A DNA stretch of 64,000 nt from Utricularia gibba (Eukaryota > Plantae > Magnoliophyta). Within the stretch, counting starts at the first letter, position 1. The number at the start of each line of letters is the position of its first letter. A program made the translations under genes and the position numbers. A model generated the notes under the pieces. That model was not told the DNA's origin and ran no database searches. It saw only the letters and a program-made list of their open reading frames with translations. Location: assembly GCA_002189035.1 (NCBI GenBank), contig CM007991.1, positions 5,022,001 through 5,086,000 on the forward strand, in the 5' to 3' direction. Of the stretch, positions 49,930-63,100 are shown piece after piece.

Positions 49930-51207
49930 TGTTGCTTGTTGTTTCCTCAACAAATTTTATATATATAAAAAGTAAAACATAAAAGAGCGTAGTACGAGTA
50001 TCGATCTCAGGGAGTTGTTTTTCGTGAAAAGTGTTTTGTAAGAAACTTCTACAAAATGTCACGGTTTTGTAAAAGAGGGTTTGTGAAATGCAAAAATAAA
50101 AGTTACAACCTACGTGATGGACCTTGACTACGAGACACAGTTCCTGAGAATGAGATTCCATCTCCTTCCTTTGTCCACCCTTGGCTTGGTTTTCACTGAT
50201 TTCTTCCGATAGCTGGTTATAAGAGCAAGGAATAGCCTACTCTCCCTTAAAGTCTGATTGACAAGGAGGCATGTGAATAGCCTCGTGTGATTCCCCCTTG
50301 GACAATTAAGAAGACAAGAGGATTGCCATCGATTGCCTTCAAAACCGAATTGCGCATGTGTGCCCAGCTGTTGCCAATGGCTAGTGGCAAGCTCGAGGTC
50401 ACAACTTGTCCAATGTCACGGTACCTAGCCACAAACAATCCACTACTTCCCTCGAACCGGTAGGGTTGGAGTTGGTGCTCTTCACCTTGATCTTCACGGA
50501 AATCCACGAGGAGTGGCCTGCTACTCATGGACCTTGACTAGGAGTCGTTATAGAAAGACTGCAACAAGATATGCGAAGAACCGAGTGTATTGCTCACGAC
50601 TTGGAAGGAAACTTCATCTACTCCTAGAAACTACAAGGTTTTAGCCCAAAAGGGCCATGAAAACAGAAACGAAAATGAAAGGTAAGTATTCTTCCTCATT
50701 GGAGGAGAGGAAGAATCCAAAAGTTCTAAGTACAAAGAGGAAATATTAAAAGTCTGAAAATAAGTGTTCCAAGTTGCCTTTATATCACTCCCCACGTGCA
50801 TTAACTCCTTCTGGTCCCCTTCCCATCAATCCTTCTGTCTTGCGTGCGCCACCAGCTTTCCTTTGCGTGCAAGTTAGAGCCCAATCATTTCTGCAAACTC
50901 TGACATACCGTAAGTCAAGGGTCTTGACCAGTGTCAGTCTTTCACCCACAATCGTTCCAAGTCGCATACAAGGCACAAAAAGTCAGAGTTTGACTCTTGT
51001 AATACTCCTGCAATACTCCTGCAACACTCTACGACTGCCTCCTGACATATCTCGGTCAAAGTGCATGAAAAAGTCAAGGAAAATGTATACAAAATAGGAA
51101 AATAAGATTTTACTAGGAAAATCAATTATTTATCGATATAATTCCTAATTGGGCAACTTAACACTAGATTTATAACCTAATAATAAAGTAGAAAATGACA
51201 CTTAACA
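49930..51207 (-). mobile_element. Solo LTR, family B, 1278 bp
   Basis: TG...CA termini and TSD TCCGA/CCCGA (49925-49929 and 51208-51212, 4/5 match). Homologous to the other family B LTRs. Confidence 0.9.
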
Positions 51208-51249
51208 CCCGATCAAACATGGGCTTGTCTAGATGGCTCAATGCCCGGC

Positions 51250-51459
51250 CTAGGTAATTAAGGGTTTATACTTTAGAGATATGATTTTGTCTTCATTGAA
51301 AGAAAGCTCAAAGGTTCCCATCTTCATGTTGATGATAGCATTTGAAGTGCTCAAGAATGGTCTCCCCAAGATAATGGTCGTGTCCTTTGATCCTCCAGTG
51401 GGCATGTTCACCACATAAAAATCGGCTGGGGATACCAGATGCTCAATTTTCACTAAAAC
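51250..51459 (-). mobile_element. Athila aspartic protease C-terminal fragment
   Basis: VLVKIEHLVSPADFYVVNM...IILGRPFLSTSNAIINMKMG. Confidence 0.85.
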
Positions 51460-52924
51460 TGTTGGGTTTCTCGTAGACATGGTATGTCTCAAAAGTAGAG
51501 GAATTTTAAAATTTTTGAGAAACCCCCAATGCAGATGTTGGAATACGGTATACATCAGACAAATGGATGCTGAAAATACCTTTCAGAGGACTCCGTTGTT
51601 CACCAACCGCTAATAGCAGACGGCCTCTATGGTATCCACACATGGAGCACTCCGTCGATAACCTTCTCAAGGCTCTTGAATGCTGGTCGAATTTCTAAGG
51701 TGCTAGTAGAGAAAAACGCCTCCTTGTGGATCAGTCTCAGAGATCAGCCTCCAATAGCACGAAGACATTGGAGCACATCTCAAGATCTAAATCTTTTTTA
51801 TAGATATTTTGTAACATATCAAATCATATCTCTATGAGATCTTTTATTTTGAGTTTAATCAATATTGATCTCAAAATAGTTTTCTATTTAATTTATCCAC
51901 TTTACCAATTACATCTCATGTAATTGTGCCATTCTATTTTATATCGATGAGTGACTCCACTATTGTGTGTGACCCTATAGGCTTCTTCAATCAAGGCCGT
52001 AATAATGGATTTATTAATTAACTCTTAATCAATCAAATCCATCATTATCGATCATGAGTGATGTCTAGCAACATATCATGATCTCCAAGATTAAAGAATA
52101 ATCAAGTGAACTGATTGAGCATTTCCATGACCAGCCACCATGCAATGAACAGCTTTCATCATACTTATATCTCATTCGATACCAGAACATGGGTGTGTGT
52201 CTTTCTGGTGTATTGAACTTATAATTGCATTCAAGCACTAACACTCAATGAACTACTCAAACAATTCGAGTGTCATTACCCTGGGCCCAGGACTTACTGT
52301 TAGGCTTTGATGCAATTACTTGAGATATGGTCTCATCGCTAACATGAGTGATGAATCCTTTATTGATCAATCAACTATCTCCAACCTTAAGGAGTCACAT
52401 CCCTACTCATCCGTACTAGGCAAGCCATGGTTAGGCTCCCATTAGTAATGAGCGAAAATGTAAGCTTAAGATCAAGATAACTTTGTTGATCTCAAGTCTA
52501 AGCTTAATTGCACGGCTGTCATATTCGAGATCTTGCTACTGACACTTAGTTAGTTTCCCATAGTAGCATCTTGAAGATGAGTCATCCAGTGAATTGATTC
52601 TCTAATCGACACCCACACATAGGTTCTAGTAATCTCATTACATCAATTGTGAGAACCATTGCCTAAACTATTTAGGGAACTCAATGTGTGCCAGCTTATC
52701 CGTATTTGTGATATCCTCATTTCACAAATACTCTAGCCAGGGAGTTTTTAAATTGAGCATGAGTGCTTGAAGAATCTCACATTATGATCTCATCATAATT
52801 TCTATAGCACATAGATCAAGTAGTGGATTTTATCAATGATGTAAACTTGATCACAATTCAAGGTAAACATCAAAGGATAAGATTTGCCAATGAATTGATT
52901 GTCTCTAGAACACATACACCTACA
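51460..52924 (-). mobile_element. LTR, family D (Angela-like), no TSD
   Basis: The reverse complement aligns closely with 20279-21780 end to end. Flanks AAAAC/ACGCA differ. Confidence 0.88.
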
Positions 52925-53420
52925 ACGCAATCATAAAAAAGTCATCGACGTAAATAGATATGTCATCCATGAGTAGTTTCATGATCTTCTCCCTAAGCTC
53001 TGAAAAATCACCATCGTAAGTCAATGAACATTCTCTTATATGCAAAGGTGTCAAAAGAGCAAGTAAATGCTGTCCAACATTGTTGAAAGGTTTTATATGT
53101 ATGATGTCTAAAAATTACCAAGAATATCCATCAAGGTAACAGTAAAATGATAAATTACTTCACATTTCCAAGACTTGGTCAATGAATATCAATGGGTAAT
53201 GATTTATTCTTGTGGCCTCATTGAATTTCCTAAAATCAATGTGCATTCTCTTTCAATGATCTTGCACAAGGGAATGAGATCCTCTTTCTCATTCTCAACC
53301 ATTATTATTCCTCCTTTCTTTGTTACACAATATACATGACACACCCCATTTGTTATCTGAAATTGAATAGATGATATCATGTAATGGTTGCCAATTTTCG
53401 ATTCCATTTGCCCATCTGAG
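52925..53420 (-). mobile_element. Athila RT remnant
   Basis: KKGGIIMVENEKEDLIPL, followed by IDFRKFNEATR-like and FGQQHLLAL-like remnants in shifted frames. Confidence 0.7.
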
Positions 53421-55535
53421 AGGTTAGGAACATGTCATCTACAGCTAGAAAAACTATTTCTCTCAATGATCATAGTTTATGTATAGTATCAATATAGAAT
53501 ACAGTCAACATAGGTGTGATTAACAACAATCAGTAGTAGTGTTACAAGTGCAATCTAAAGACAAAGCCACATTGTAACCTTAGGATAGAGGGGATGCTGA
53601 CACATGTAGCTTTATAAATAATAGTGATAATAGTACTTTGGAGAAAACCTTAAGAGGCGGAGTTAAGAGAAGGTAAATAGTAGATACAGTAGATGAGTAA
53701 GGGATTTTGTGGGTTTTGACTATAAGATAGGGATACCATGCAATAAAAGAATAAGGTAAGTGGAATAAGTGCTATTGCTTGCAATAAGAAATAGGGCTAC
53801 GTTTAGTTTTGATACAAAAGTAGGGCTATTTCGCACATTTTAACACACATGTTTGTAAAAATCACATTGAAAACAAACGTTTCCTGATATTTAATTGATT
53901 TGATGCAAATGTTTTTATAAATATAATTTTGAAACAAACGTTTTTGAAAAAAAATGTTTTCAACACAAACGTTTATCAAAAAATATATTTTAATATATAT
54001 GTTTTGATTAATGTATTAAAACAAATACAAATCTATTAACACATTAAATATTAGATCTAACGTTTGCCTAAAAATACATAAATCAATTCAAAATTAGGGT
54101 TTTAATTTCAAACCCAAATCAGCTTTCATTCTTTCAGAAATTTCAACTTCCAATTCTTTCAGAAAATTCCAATTCATTCTTTCAGAAATCTAACGTTTCA
54201 TTCTTTCAAACCCAAATTACTGATGCCCAAACGTCAGTACCTCCAGCCCATGGCTTACTGCCCTTTTTTCAGATCTTTTATGGTAAATTGCTTATGCACG
54301 CGGGCACCTCAAGGCTCTTTATGACAGCCCATATCCTTCCTTCAGGTTGAAATGCTTCACGATTGTAAAGACTGTCCATGAATTTTCCTTCCTTTTTTTG
54401 TTGTTTTGCTTTGAAAAGAGACAAAATCCAACAGGGAGGCAATGGCCCTACTGTGATAGAATATAGAGAACCAGGCGTATGACTTTCTTTCCAACCTTCT
54501 CTTCCATGTTTCTGTAATGAATTAATTTTTGAACAGATTCTGAATTCCGTTTCATCCATTTACTGATTGAAAAACCATACCTTTTTGTTGTGATTGCAGC
54601 AATTGGGTTTAATGTTGAAATGGTGCAGTATAACAGCATGAAATTTCAAGTATAAGATCTAGGTAATCATGGTTTTTTCGTGGATTTAATGATGTACTAA
54701 TGTTGTTTGTAGTATAAATATTTTTTCAAAGAATTTGAATATCTTCCTGGTTTGAAAATGCTTAAGGAAAACCAGATTGATCTTTACATTATTTATTTTG
54801 ATTTTAAAGAGAATCTCTATGTTGAAGAGGAGGGTTAAATACATGTATATTTTACTTAAATATTTCATCAAGATCTTTGACATTTAGATGGAAAGAAAGA
54901 AGAATTCTTAAATGTATTAGTGGCAATGAAAATTAGTTTGAGAAGATATTGAATTATTGTTTCTTGTTCTACCAAACTGTCTTGGTGGTAGTTTCCATGT
55001 TTTCATCCATATTTCAATTGTGGTTTAGTGGCAAGGTATTTCAGTGAGGGAAACTTCTAATACTCAGATTTAATGTGTTTATGGCAGATGGATAAACTGG
55101 TATCATATATGGATTATACCCTAGCTCTATTGTTCCATTTTTTGTTGCCTTTTACTTATTGAGTTTTTTATTTTACCATCTTACTTGATTATGATTTTTG
55201 CTAATCTATTTCCAATTTATCATCATGAGTTACTTGAGTGCTTTTTCACAGGTTTTCGCAATGAGTTTTTCAAGTAACTCGATGTCATTCATGTATTCAT
55301 AAGATGAATTTGATTTTGAGTCTTATTCATTACAACCTCCATGCTCATTTGATATCAAGCCGGTGCCTAAAATCGAGTGGAAGGAGGAGTGTATACCTCA
55401 AGGACATGAAACTGTAATTGATATTGAGCTGTATCATGACAGGGAAGAAGAAGTGTATTATGACCCGAAAATTGGATGGGATGGATTGGAACTTAGGTAA
55501 TCAGTCACATGTATGCTCATCTTAATTTTCAATGA

Positions 55536-57517
55536 GTGCATGCTTTGTGTATTCATGTTTTGATATCATTGCTTGTTGTATTTATATTTCAATGTAGGGA
55601 AGGTGTATTGTTCGGTAACAAAATAGCTGCAAGAGATGCCATCATCGCATATTGTATACAAAATCACATTCAATGGAAGTTCAAGCGGAATGATGGCCGG
55701 TATTTGATTGTTGTTTGTGAGGGAGGTAGAGATGAGAGTTGTACTTGGACTGTTACCATATCTGGCCCTCATCTGGATAGAGATTGGCAAGTCGCCAAGT
55801 ATTATGGTAAACATTGTAGCTCATGTGACAGGGAGTTAACCGAGAACAAGTTTCTTAAACCGAAGCATCTTGCTAGAATGTTCGAAGACAAGCTATTAGG
55901 TGAACCGGCCATTACCTCATATGAATTTCGACAATATATCAACTCCTCAATTGCAATGTGGGTGGATCCTACCCAAGCTCATACTGCTAGGAAGATGGTA
56001 CTCGGAGGCACCGATGGAAAGCTTGCATTGGACTACTCAATGATTAACCGTTATTGTGCACAGCTACTAATGTCTAACCCTGAAAGTACTGTAGAGCTAG
56101 TATTGTCTCCTCCAGTTGATGAAAGTAAACAACAAAGGTTTGAAAGACTTTACATCTGTTTTTATGCATGCAAAGCAGGTTGGAAGCATTGTCGACCCTT
56201 TGTAGGGATTGATGGTTGTCATGTTAAAGGGCGAGGTGGTGGGCAGATTCTTAGTGCTTGCACTTTTGATGCGGGTCAACATATTTTACCATTAGCGTTT
56301 GCAATTGTGGACACTGAAAGCGAAGAAACATGGACATGGTTCTTGACCCTTCTGAAGGTCGATTTGGGCATTGCAACTGATAATATGAACCAGTTCACCT
56401 TCATGGCTGATAGAGGATCTGGTTTAAAGCCTGCAATGCGTACCGTACTTCCATTTGTGCATGTAAGAGTTACTTTTGTTAATGCTAATTCTGACAGTGT
56501 TCAAATAATGTTATACCTTGTTTTGTGTTGTTGTGCCACTGCGTTTGTCATCTGCAGGATAATGTTGGTGCACGCTCAGATGCTGTCAAGATGCAGGTGT
56601 GGAAGTGTGCAATAGAGATGGAGGCACTTGGGCGGTTGAATAGCAATGCGTATGGGAAGCTTATCAGAATAAACCCTGCTACATGGACTCATGCATAATT
56701 CACAGAGGATGCCAAGTGTGGTGCCTTAACAAACAACATTTCAGAATCCTGGAATGCTTCTCTTTTAGTTGCACGCCGTTTGCCAATATTAAGGATGTTA
56801 GAAGAGGTTAGATGGACAATGGCAGATCGACTCAACAAGCAACGTGATGAGGTTACTAAGTGCAAGACACGGTACTCATCGACGGCAATGCAAACAATTG
56901 AGAGCAACTCTGTTTCAGAGTCTGGTGTGGAGATGCGCTCAACGAATCCCATGCATTGGGAATGGGTTAAAGGGTTGCATCAATATTGTATTAACCTAAG
57001 AAATTGGACCTGCTCATGCCGGATGTGGCAAATCACAGGTAAGGTTTTGTTTCCTTCTAGTCTACCTAGCATTGCATTATCACTTTAACATCCGAAATCA
57101 TAGGTTTATCGTGTAAACACGCCATGCGAGCGATACGCACTAAGCGTGACAACCTGAGAGACTACATACATGAGTGGTATGATGACACCCATTTTAGAGA
57201 GACATACGCATTTTCGATACATGGTAAGTGAACTACATGATTATTCATATGAACATATTTGTATATAAATGTTTGTGCAGATGTAGGAATGCCAGATAGT
57301 AGAGAATGGCCTATATTGGATGATAAGATCATATTGCCACCATTGTTCCACAACACACATCGTGGAAGGCCACGAAAGCATAGAAAACGGGCACCGTACG
57401 AGACGCAATCACTGGCCAAAAAACAGAAAAGAGCAGGCACAAGATAACTACAGTTTTGCCATACGTGTGGGTTCACGGGTCACAATGCGCGAACATGTGA
57501 AAAGAGAAAAACAAAGG
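55536..57517 (+). pseudogene. MuDR/MULE transposase with SWIM and CCHC zinc knuckle
   Basis: GVLFGNKIAARDAI...CTW; FVGIDGCHVKG...PLAFAIVDTESEETWTWFL...FMADRG; NNISESWNA; SWIM CSCRMWQITG|LSCKHA; knuckle CHTCGFTGHNARTC (~57458-57500). Intactness uncertain. Confidence 0.9.
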
Positions 57518-57889
57518 TAAACTTGGCAGTTTGTTTATGGTTAAGTGTCTAATATGATTATAAACACAACATTTGTACCTTTTAGGAGGATGAAAAAAAT
57601 GCTTCTAGTAAGAGAAGACAAGAAGGAAATTTTGGGATAGATACATCCTTTTCTCGGATGGAGCCACATGAGGGGGTAATTTTACATAAAATTTCTTACA
57701 AAAATTTTATACGTTTAACACATTTATATACACAGGAGACACATGAACCTTCTAAAGGAACCACTTCTAAGGTGACGACAGACCAAAAGAAAAAAGCTAG
57801 CATGTGTGATGATGAAAAGAATGCACCCCTTAAAGATGGCAAGGTCTTCATTTTTTTTTTTTGATGTGCTTGCTTTTTGGTTTACATAG

Positions 57890-58955
57890 TTGCGTAGCTC
57901 ATTCACAAGCCTCACCACTTAAGCAAGAAAAAGCGTCCAGCACCGAGAGCTCTAACCTTGCTACAAAAGGAGGTCAATGGTTTGTCAATTGTCAAAACAT
58001 CATACTATCATCAGATAACTCCACTATTGTGAATCATGCCCAAGGAAAAAAACCAAAGACAAAGAATACCATCAAGAAACGAGCTCCAGCTTTTCGTAAG
58101 TATGGTATGCTAAGTGATTTTGATTTTACTGAGGTATTACGACATATAAGATCTGAGATCCCAAATGAGCGTCTCAACATGTTTGATTTTATTGGCCCAT
58201 TGTATTTCAACGAGTGGGTTGGTAATACGGAGAGAGTTCGTCGAATTTTCAGCAATAGACCAGCCTTCTTAACTTGTCCATATGTTGTGTGGCCAATTTT
58301 GTATCAGTAAGATTTAACTTACGTACATAAATTATTCTGTAATCAGGATGCACTGGGTGGTCATGGTTTGCTGCAATTTTGGAGATGCATCTAGTAGGAT
58401 GATTATCTTATTAGATTCATTAGGTACTCCTAGTGCTCTTTGTCCATCAGAAGATGAGTTATATAGGTACCTATGTTTCCTTATATGCTCCAATCTTTAA
58501 CTATTTTAGAATGATTTACTATCCTTTGTATATAGGTGTCTAAAATACATGTTAGACTACGCAGCACCTACTTTCCTTGTTCATGAGTTGGATGCAGTCC
58601 GTATTCGCTATCTGGAGTTACACATAATCCTTTCTAATAACATCTCATAACACTAACAAATATGATAATCCTATGTTTATGTAGGTTCCATTACAGAGTG
58701 GGACAACGGAATGTGGATTATTTGCTTTGTATTCTTTGAAGCTTATGATGTGTAATGCACCACCTGTTTTCCATCCTTCCAAGTATCCATCTTTTGTAAG
58801 ACAAAAATATTTCATATTTTTTTGGGATAACATGGTTAGAAAAAAAACTAATTTTCATCATTTTGTAGCTTACACGGAGATGGTACACAAGTTACAATGT
58901 CTTGCAATTTGCACCAACATGTGGATTGCCCAATGTTATGATGGGTGGACGCTGA
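57890..58955 (+). pseudogene. ULP1/Peptidase C48 SUMO-protease-like domain (spliced) carried by MULE 2
   Basis: Catalytic His (MHWVVMVCCNFG, codon 58351), Asp (IILLDSL), Gln and Cys (VPLQSGTTECGLFALY, codon 58712), and tail NAPPVF...YPSF|LTRRWY. The junction near 58617 looks 1 nt out of phase. Confidence 0.82.
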
Positions 58956-59171
58956 CGATTTTAATGAAGAGGATGGAAAGATGACAGCCTATATAACTCA
59001 TGGTGTATCCCTAAGGCCGTGTTTCTTTGATTTAATTATTAGCAGTCAACCCTCAATTGTACTTTAAATGGAGTGTGCATTTTTATTTTAGTCATTTTAA
59101 TTAGCATTGGATCCTTGTTTATGATTTGAATCGAGTGTATGTTTTTTATTTTAGTCATTTTATGAGTATTC

Positions 59172-59650
59172 AAAACGTGAATAAAGATTAAGCGCTAATA
59201 AACCACAAGGGCACACGAGCATGGTTTATGCATAAACCACGCCCGTGTGGCCTAAATCTTAATTACCACTCGATCCGAAACGTGAATAAAGATAGAGCGC
59301 TAATAAACCACAAGGCCACACAGGCGTGGTTTATGCGTAAACCACACCCATATGCACATGTAGCAGAACCACAAAGCCACACGGGTGTGGTTTATGCGTA
59401 AACCACAGTTGTATGCACACGCTAATAAACCACAAGGGCACACAAGCGCTCGTATGCACATGCTGCAGAACCACAAGGCCATACGGGCGTGGTTTATGCG
59501 TAAACCACGCCTGTATGCACATGCTGCAAAACCACAAAGCCACACAGGCGTGGTTTATGCGTAAACTACGGCCGTATGCACACGCTAATAAACCTCAATC
59601 CGAAACGTGAATAAAGATCGAGCGCTAATAAACCACAAGGCCACACGGAC
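59172..59650. repeat. ~60-bp tandem array with palindromic core GGCGTGGTTTA-TGCG-TAAACCACGCC
   Basis: Five TGGTTTATGC(G/A)TAAAC cores (~59221, 59326, 59386, 59489, 59549), plus three copies of AAACGTGAATAAAGAT..AGCGCTAATAAACCACAAGG. Confidence 0.92.
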
Positions 59651-60112
59651 ATGTTATGATGTACAAGGTTCTAAAAGTTTGTACAACAATTTTAGTAGTT
59701 GGAACAAACAATTTATGATGTACAACAAAAATTTCGAAATAAAGTGTATTTGGGAGCCAAAAACCTTGTTATACATTTAGTTTGTAAAACTGAAGTTTGT
59801 AAAATAGAAACTTCTAAAGGTTTTGGAACACTCATTTCGCAATTTGATTTATTTTGTAGTACAAAGTGTAAGTAACTAATATAAAATTATCATTTATCAT
59901 GGCATAAAAAATGAGGAATACTTATAATTGTATTATATGAGTTTGAAGTGTTGATTAGATTAGAACTTCTTGATAATGATTTAGAACAATTTAATAGTTT
60001 AAAAATTATAAATGAAAATTATTTTATTCTATATACATAAATAAAATTAATCGATTCGTTCAATTTGTTAGAATATATAATGATTAGTAATATGTATCGA
60101 AATGAAAGTTAA

Positions 60113-63100
60113 TGATTGATGGTAATTCTGAAAGTGCACAGAAACCGTCGAAGAAATAAAATAAGATCGTATCCACATGGAATTGTTATTGGAATATTTT
60201 TTTCAAAACAAAGAGTTAAAAAGATTGGAAACAAAAGAAAGATTGGTTTTTGAAGACAATAAGAAAAGTGGCCTTAGATCTAAGATCCACCTTACTTGAA
60301 ACTCGTCCTTGCGTGTGTGCAAACACTTAAATGTTTGCTTGTCCTCAAGCAAATGTTCAAGGTATTTTCCTTCAAAATAGTAACTTGCAAATAGAGTTAA
60401 GGCAACAATATGCATAAGTTATTCAATGGCATACCATACACTAGCTCCCCTTGCACGTGACTACTCCTCACAGGTGTCGCTCAATACGTTCAAGAAGAGA
60501 AATCCATAAGAGGAGGGTAAAATGAAAAAGGTTCGCTCAATACCTGAATGTAGGCGAGTTAGTAAACTTGCGCAAGCGATCCACTGGTTTCAGCAAGCTT
60601 GCGCAATAAAGAGTGAGCATCCATCAAACAGTTATGCTATGCTTGTCCTCTGATTTTTTGTGCTCCAAAAAACTCCTCTTTCACCTTTGTGGGTGTTCCA
60701 ACCTTTCAGCCTCTTTTCTCTCTTCTTCTCTTTTTTCTCTTTTTTTTTTCTCCTTTTTTTTTTCAACGATCAACTCTCTTTTGGACAGGATGTTATTGAA
60801 AATCCCTTCATAAATTGTTGAGATAGCGCTTGATCAGTGAATTGAAAATTGCTCTCAACTTTTCTTCTTTGTAATAAAGCTTCTGGTTCAGCAACTTGCG
60901 CAAGCAGATGAACATAACTATTTTCTAGATGATCATTCCTTAGGTCAAGAGAAATTGATGTAGGCTATAATTGTCAAAACGAATTTGGCTTCTAATGTGG
61001 TGATCCAAATAAAAGGTTTCAGGCCAAGCGGGGCTCACTAAGTGGATTCAAGGTGGGATATTGGGATAAAACAAGACAAATCCTAGTGCCTCAATCCTTT
61101 TGCACAAGACCTGCAGAATAACTCAGCAGTATGCACAAGAACAAGTCTATGATCATTCTGGATTCAAGTCACTCATAATGAAAAGAAAATGGTCTCTTCA
61201 CCAAGAAGCTAGGGCTATGTAGCTTGCGCAAGGGACAAAAAGTAAACAGTATGCCAAGAAACAACATAGCAATATGCATACCAAAATTCTAATTTACAGC
61301 AACTATCTCGAAAAAATAATACCAAAAAAAGATGCCTAGGTTCCAGCAAAACATAAAATGCGAGGAGTTGATCAATGAAATATATGCCAAATTTTGAAAT
61401 TTTTTTTTCAGGTATATATAAAAAAACAATCTAAAAAATAAACTATCCCCCCCCCCCCCCCCAACACTTAAATGACATCTTGTCCTCAAGATGGGCAGAA
61501 ACACTTACCTTTCGTCAGGTGCTTTCATGTATCTAATAGTGTGGAATTTTTCCGCAAAAGTATCCATTGCACCTGTGCTTATTGAAGAGAAAGAAGAAAA
61601 GAAAAACAATGCAAGAGAAAATCGAAAATAAAATAATCAAAAAGGGAAATCACTTGTTTTTGTAATGGCAACAAGTAAACCATAGATGCTTTCTCATGAA
61701 GGTGGGGGGTGGTGAGAGAGGTCCATTGGAACACGCAATGTGTCCATGGAAGATTTTACCCCTTCATGAAACCGTTTCAATCTCTGAATATTTACTGTGA
61801 ATTCTCCATGGTCAGGATGAGTGATGAGAACTGCTCCACTGGGGTGGATTTTCTTGATGGTGTACGGTCCATGCCATCTGGACTTGAGCTTTCCTAGAAA
61901 TAAACAAAAACGAGAATTAAATAACAAAACTGGGTCACCTTCTGCCAGGTCCTTCTTGCGCAAGTGACTGTCATGCCAGGCCTTCGTTTGTTCCTTGTAC
62001 AGTTTTGCATTTTCGTAGGCACTCATCCTTAGCTCGTCCAGCTCTTGGAGTTGCAAGATCCTTTGCTCTCCAGCAGCCTTGGCATCCAAATTTAATTCTT
62101 TGATAGCCCAATATGCCTTGTGCTCTAATTCCACAGGCAAGTGACAAGCTTTCCCATAAACTAAACGATAAGGGGAGGTCCCCAAGGGAGTCTTATACGC
62201 TGTGCGATAAGCCCATAAAGCATCAGTTATTTTGGTTGCCCAATCCTTGCGGGTTTTGGCCACCGTGTGCTCCATAATCCTCTTCAATTCCCTGTTAGTT
62301 ACCTTCACTTGTCCGCAGGTTTGTGGGTGATATGGAGTTGATGCCCTGTGTCCCACTCCATACTTGTGCAAGAGCTTCCGGAATTCTCTTTCAATGAACT
62401 GTTTTTCTCCATCACTTATGATGTATCTTGGGGCACCAAACCTGGGTAGAATGATCTGTTTGAAGAGCTTAATTACAGCTCTTCTATCAGCTGCTGGAAC
62501 AGCAATAGCTTCTGCCCATTTTGAGACATAATCTACTGCCACAAGAATTTGAGTGTTGCCATAGGAAAATGGAAAGGGTCCCATAAAATCCAGCCCCCAA
62601 ACATTGAAAATTTCCACCTCCAAGATATATGTCATGGGTCCTTCATCTCTCCTGGAAATAGAACCCGCGTGTTGACATGGTTCGCATGCTTGAACAAATG
62701 CCCTCACATCATGATTCATGGTGGGCCAATAAAATCCAGATTGAAAAATTTTGAAGAGTGTTTTTGATGCTGCTGCATGCTCTCCATATGGTGATGAATG
62801 ACAGTTCCAAATAACGTCCCTTACCTCCTCTGGTGGTAGGCATCTTCTGATAATTCCATCAGCACAACGTTTGAAAAGCATAGGTTCTTCCCACAAATAA
62901 TGTTTCGCTTGCGCAAGGAAGCACTTCCGCTGGTTGAAGTTCAGATTCTGGGGCAAGACTCCTCCAACGAGATAATTGACAAAATCAGCATACCATGGCA
63001 GATTGTCATCTTGGACAGCAAGGATACGTTCTGTGAGGAAAGAATCATCGATGTGCAACTCCCCCACACTTGTTTCAAGCTGTAGGCATGACAAATGATC

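Larger units (their letters stand above)
53790..60112 (+). mobile_element. Mutator-like element (MULE 2) with transposase and ULP protease; right terminus not seen
   Basis: AT-rich leader starting at a candidate terminus (AGGGCTA...AGGGCTATTT), then MuDR transposase, zinc knuckle, ULP exons and a palindromic array. Cut on the right by an Athila element. Boundaries approximate. Confidence 0.65.

Noticed and set aside
59650-60112. Right TIR of MULE 2
   Set aside because: No inverted match to the 53790 region was found. It is probably displaced beyond the window by the Athila insertion, so the boundary is not claimed.
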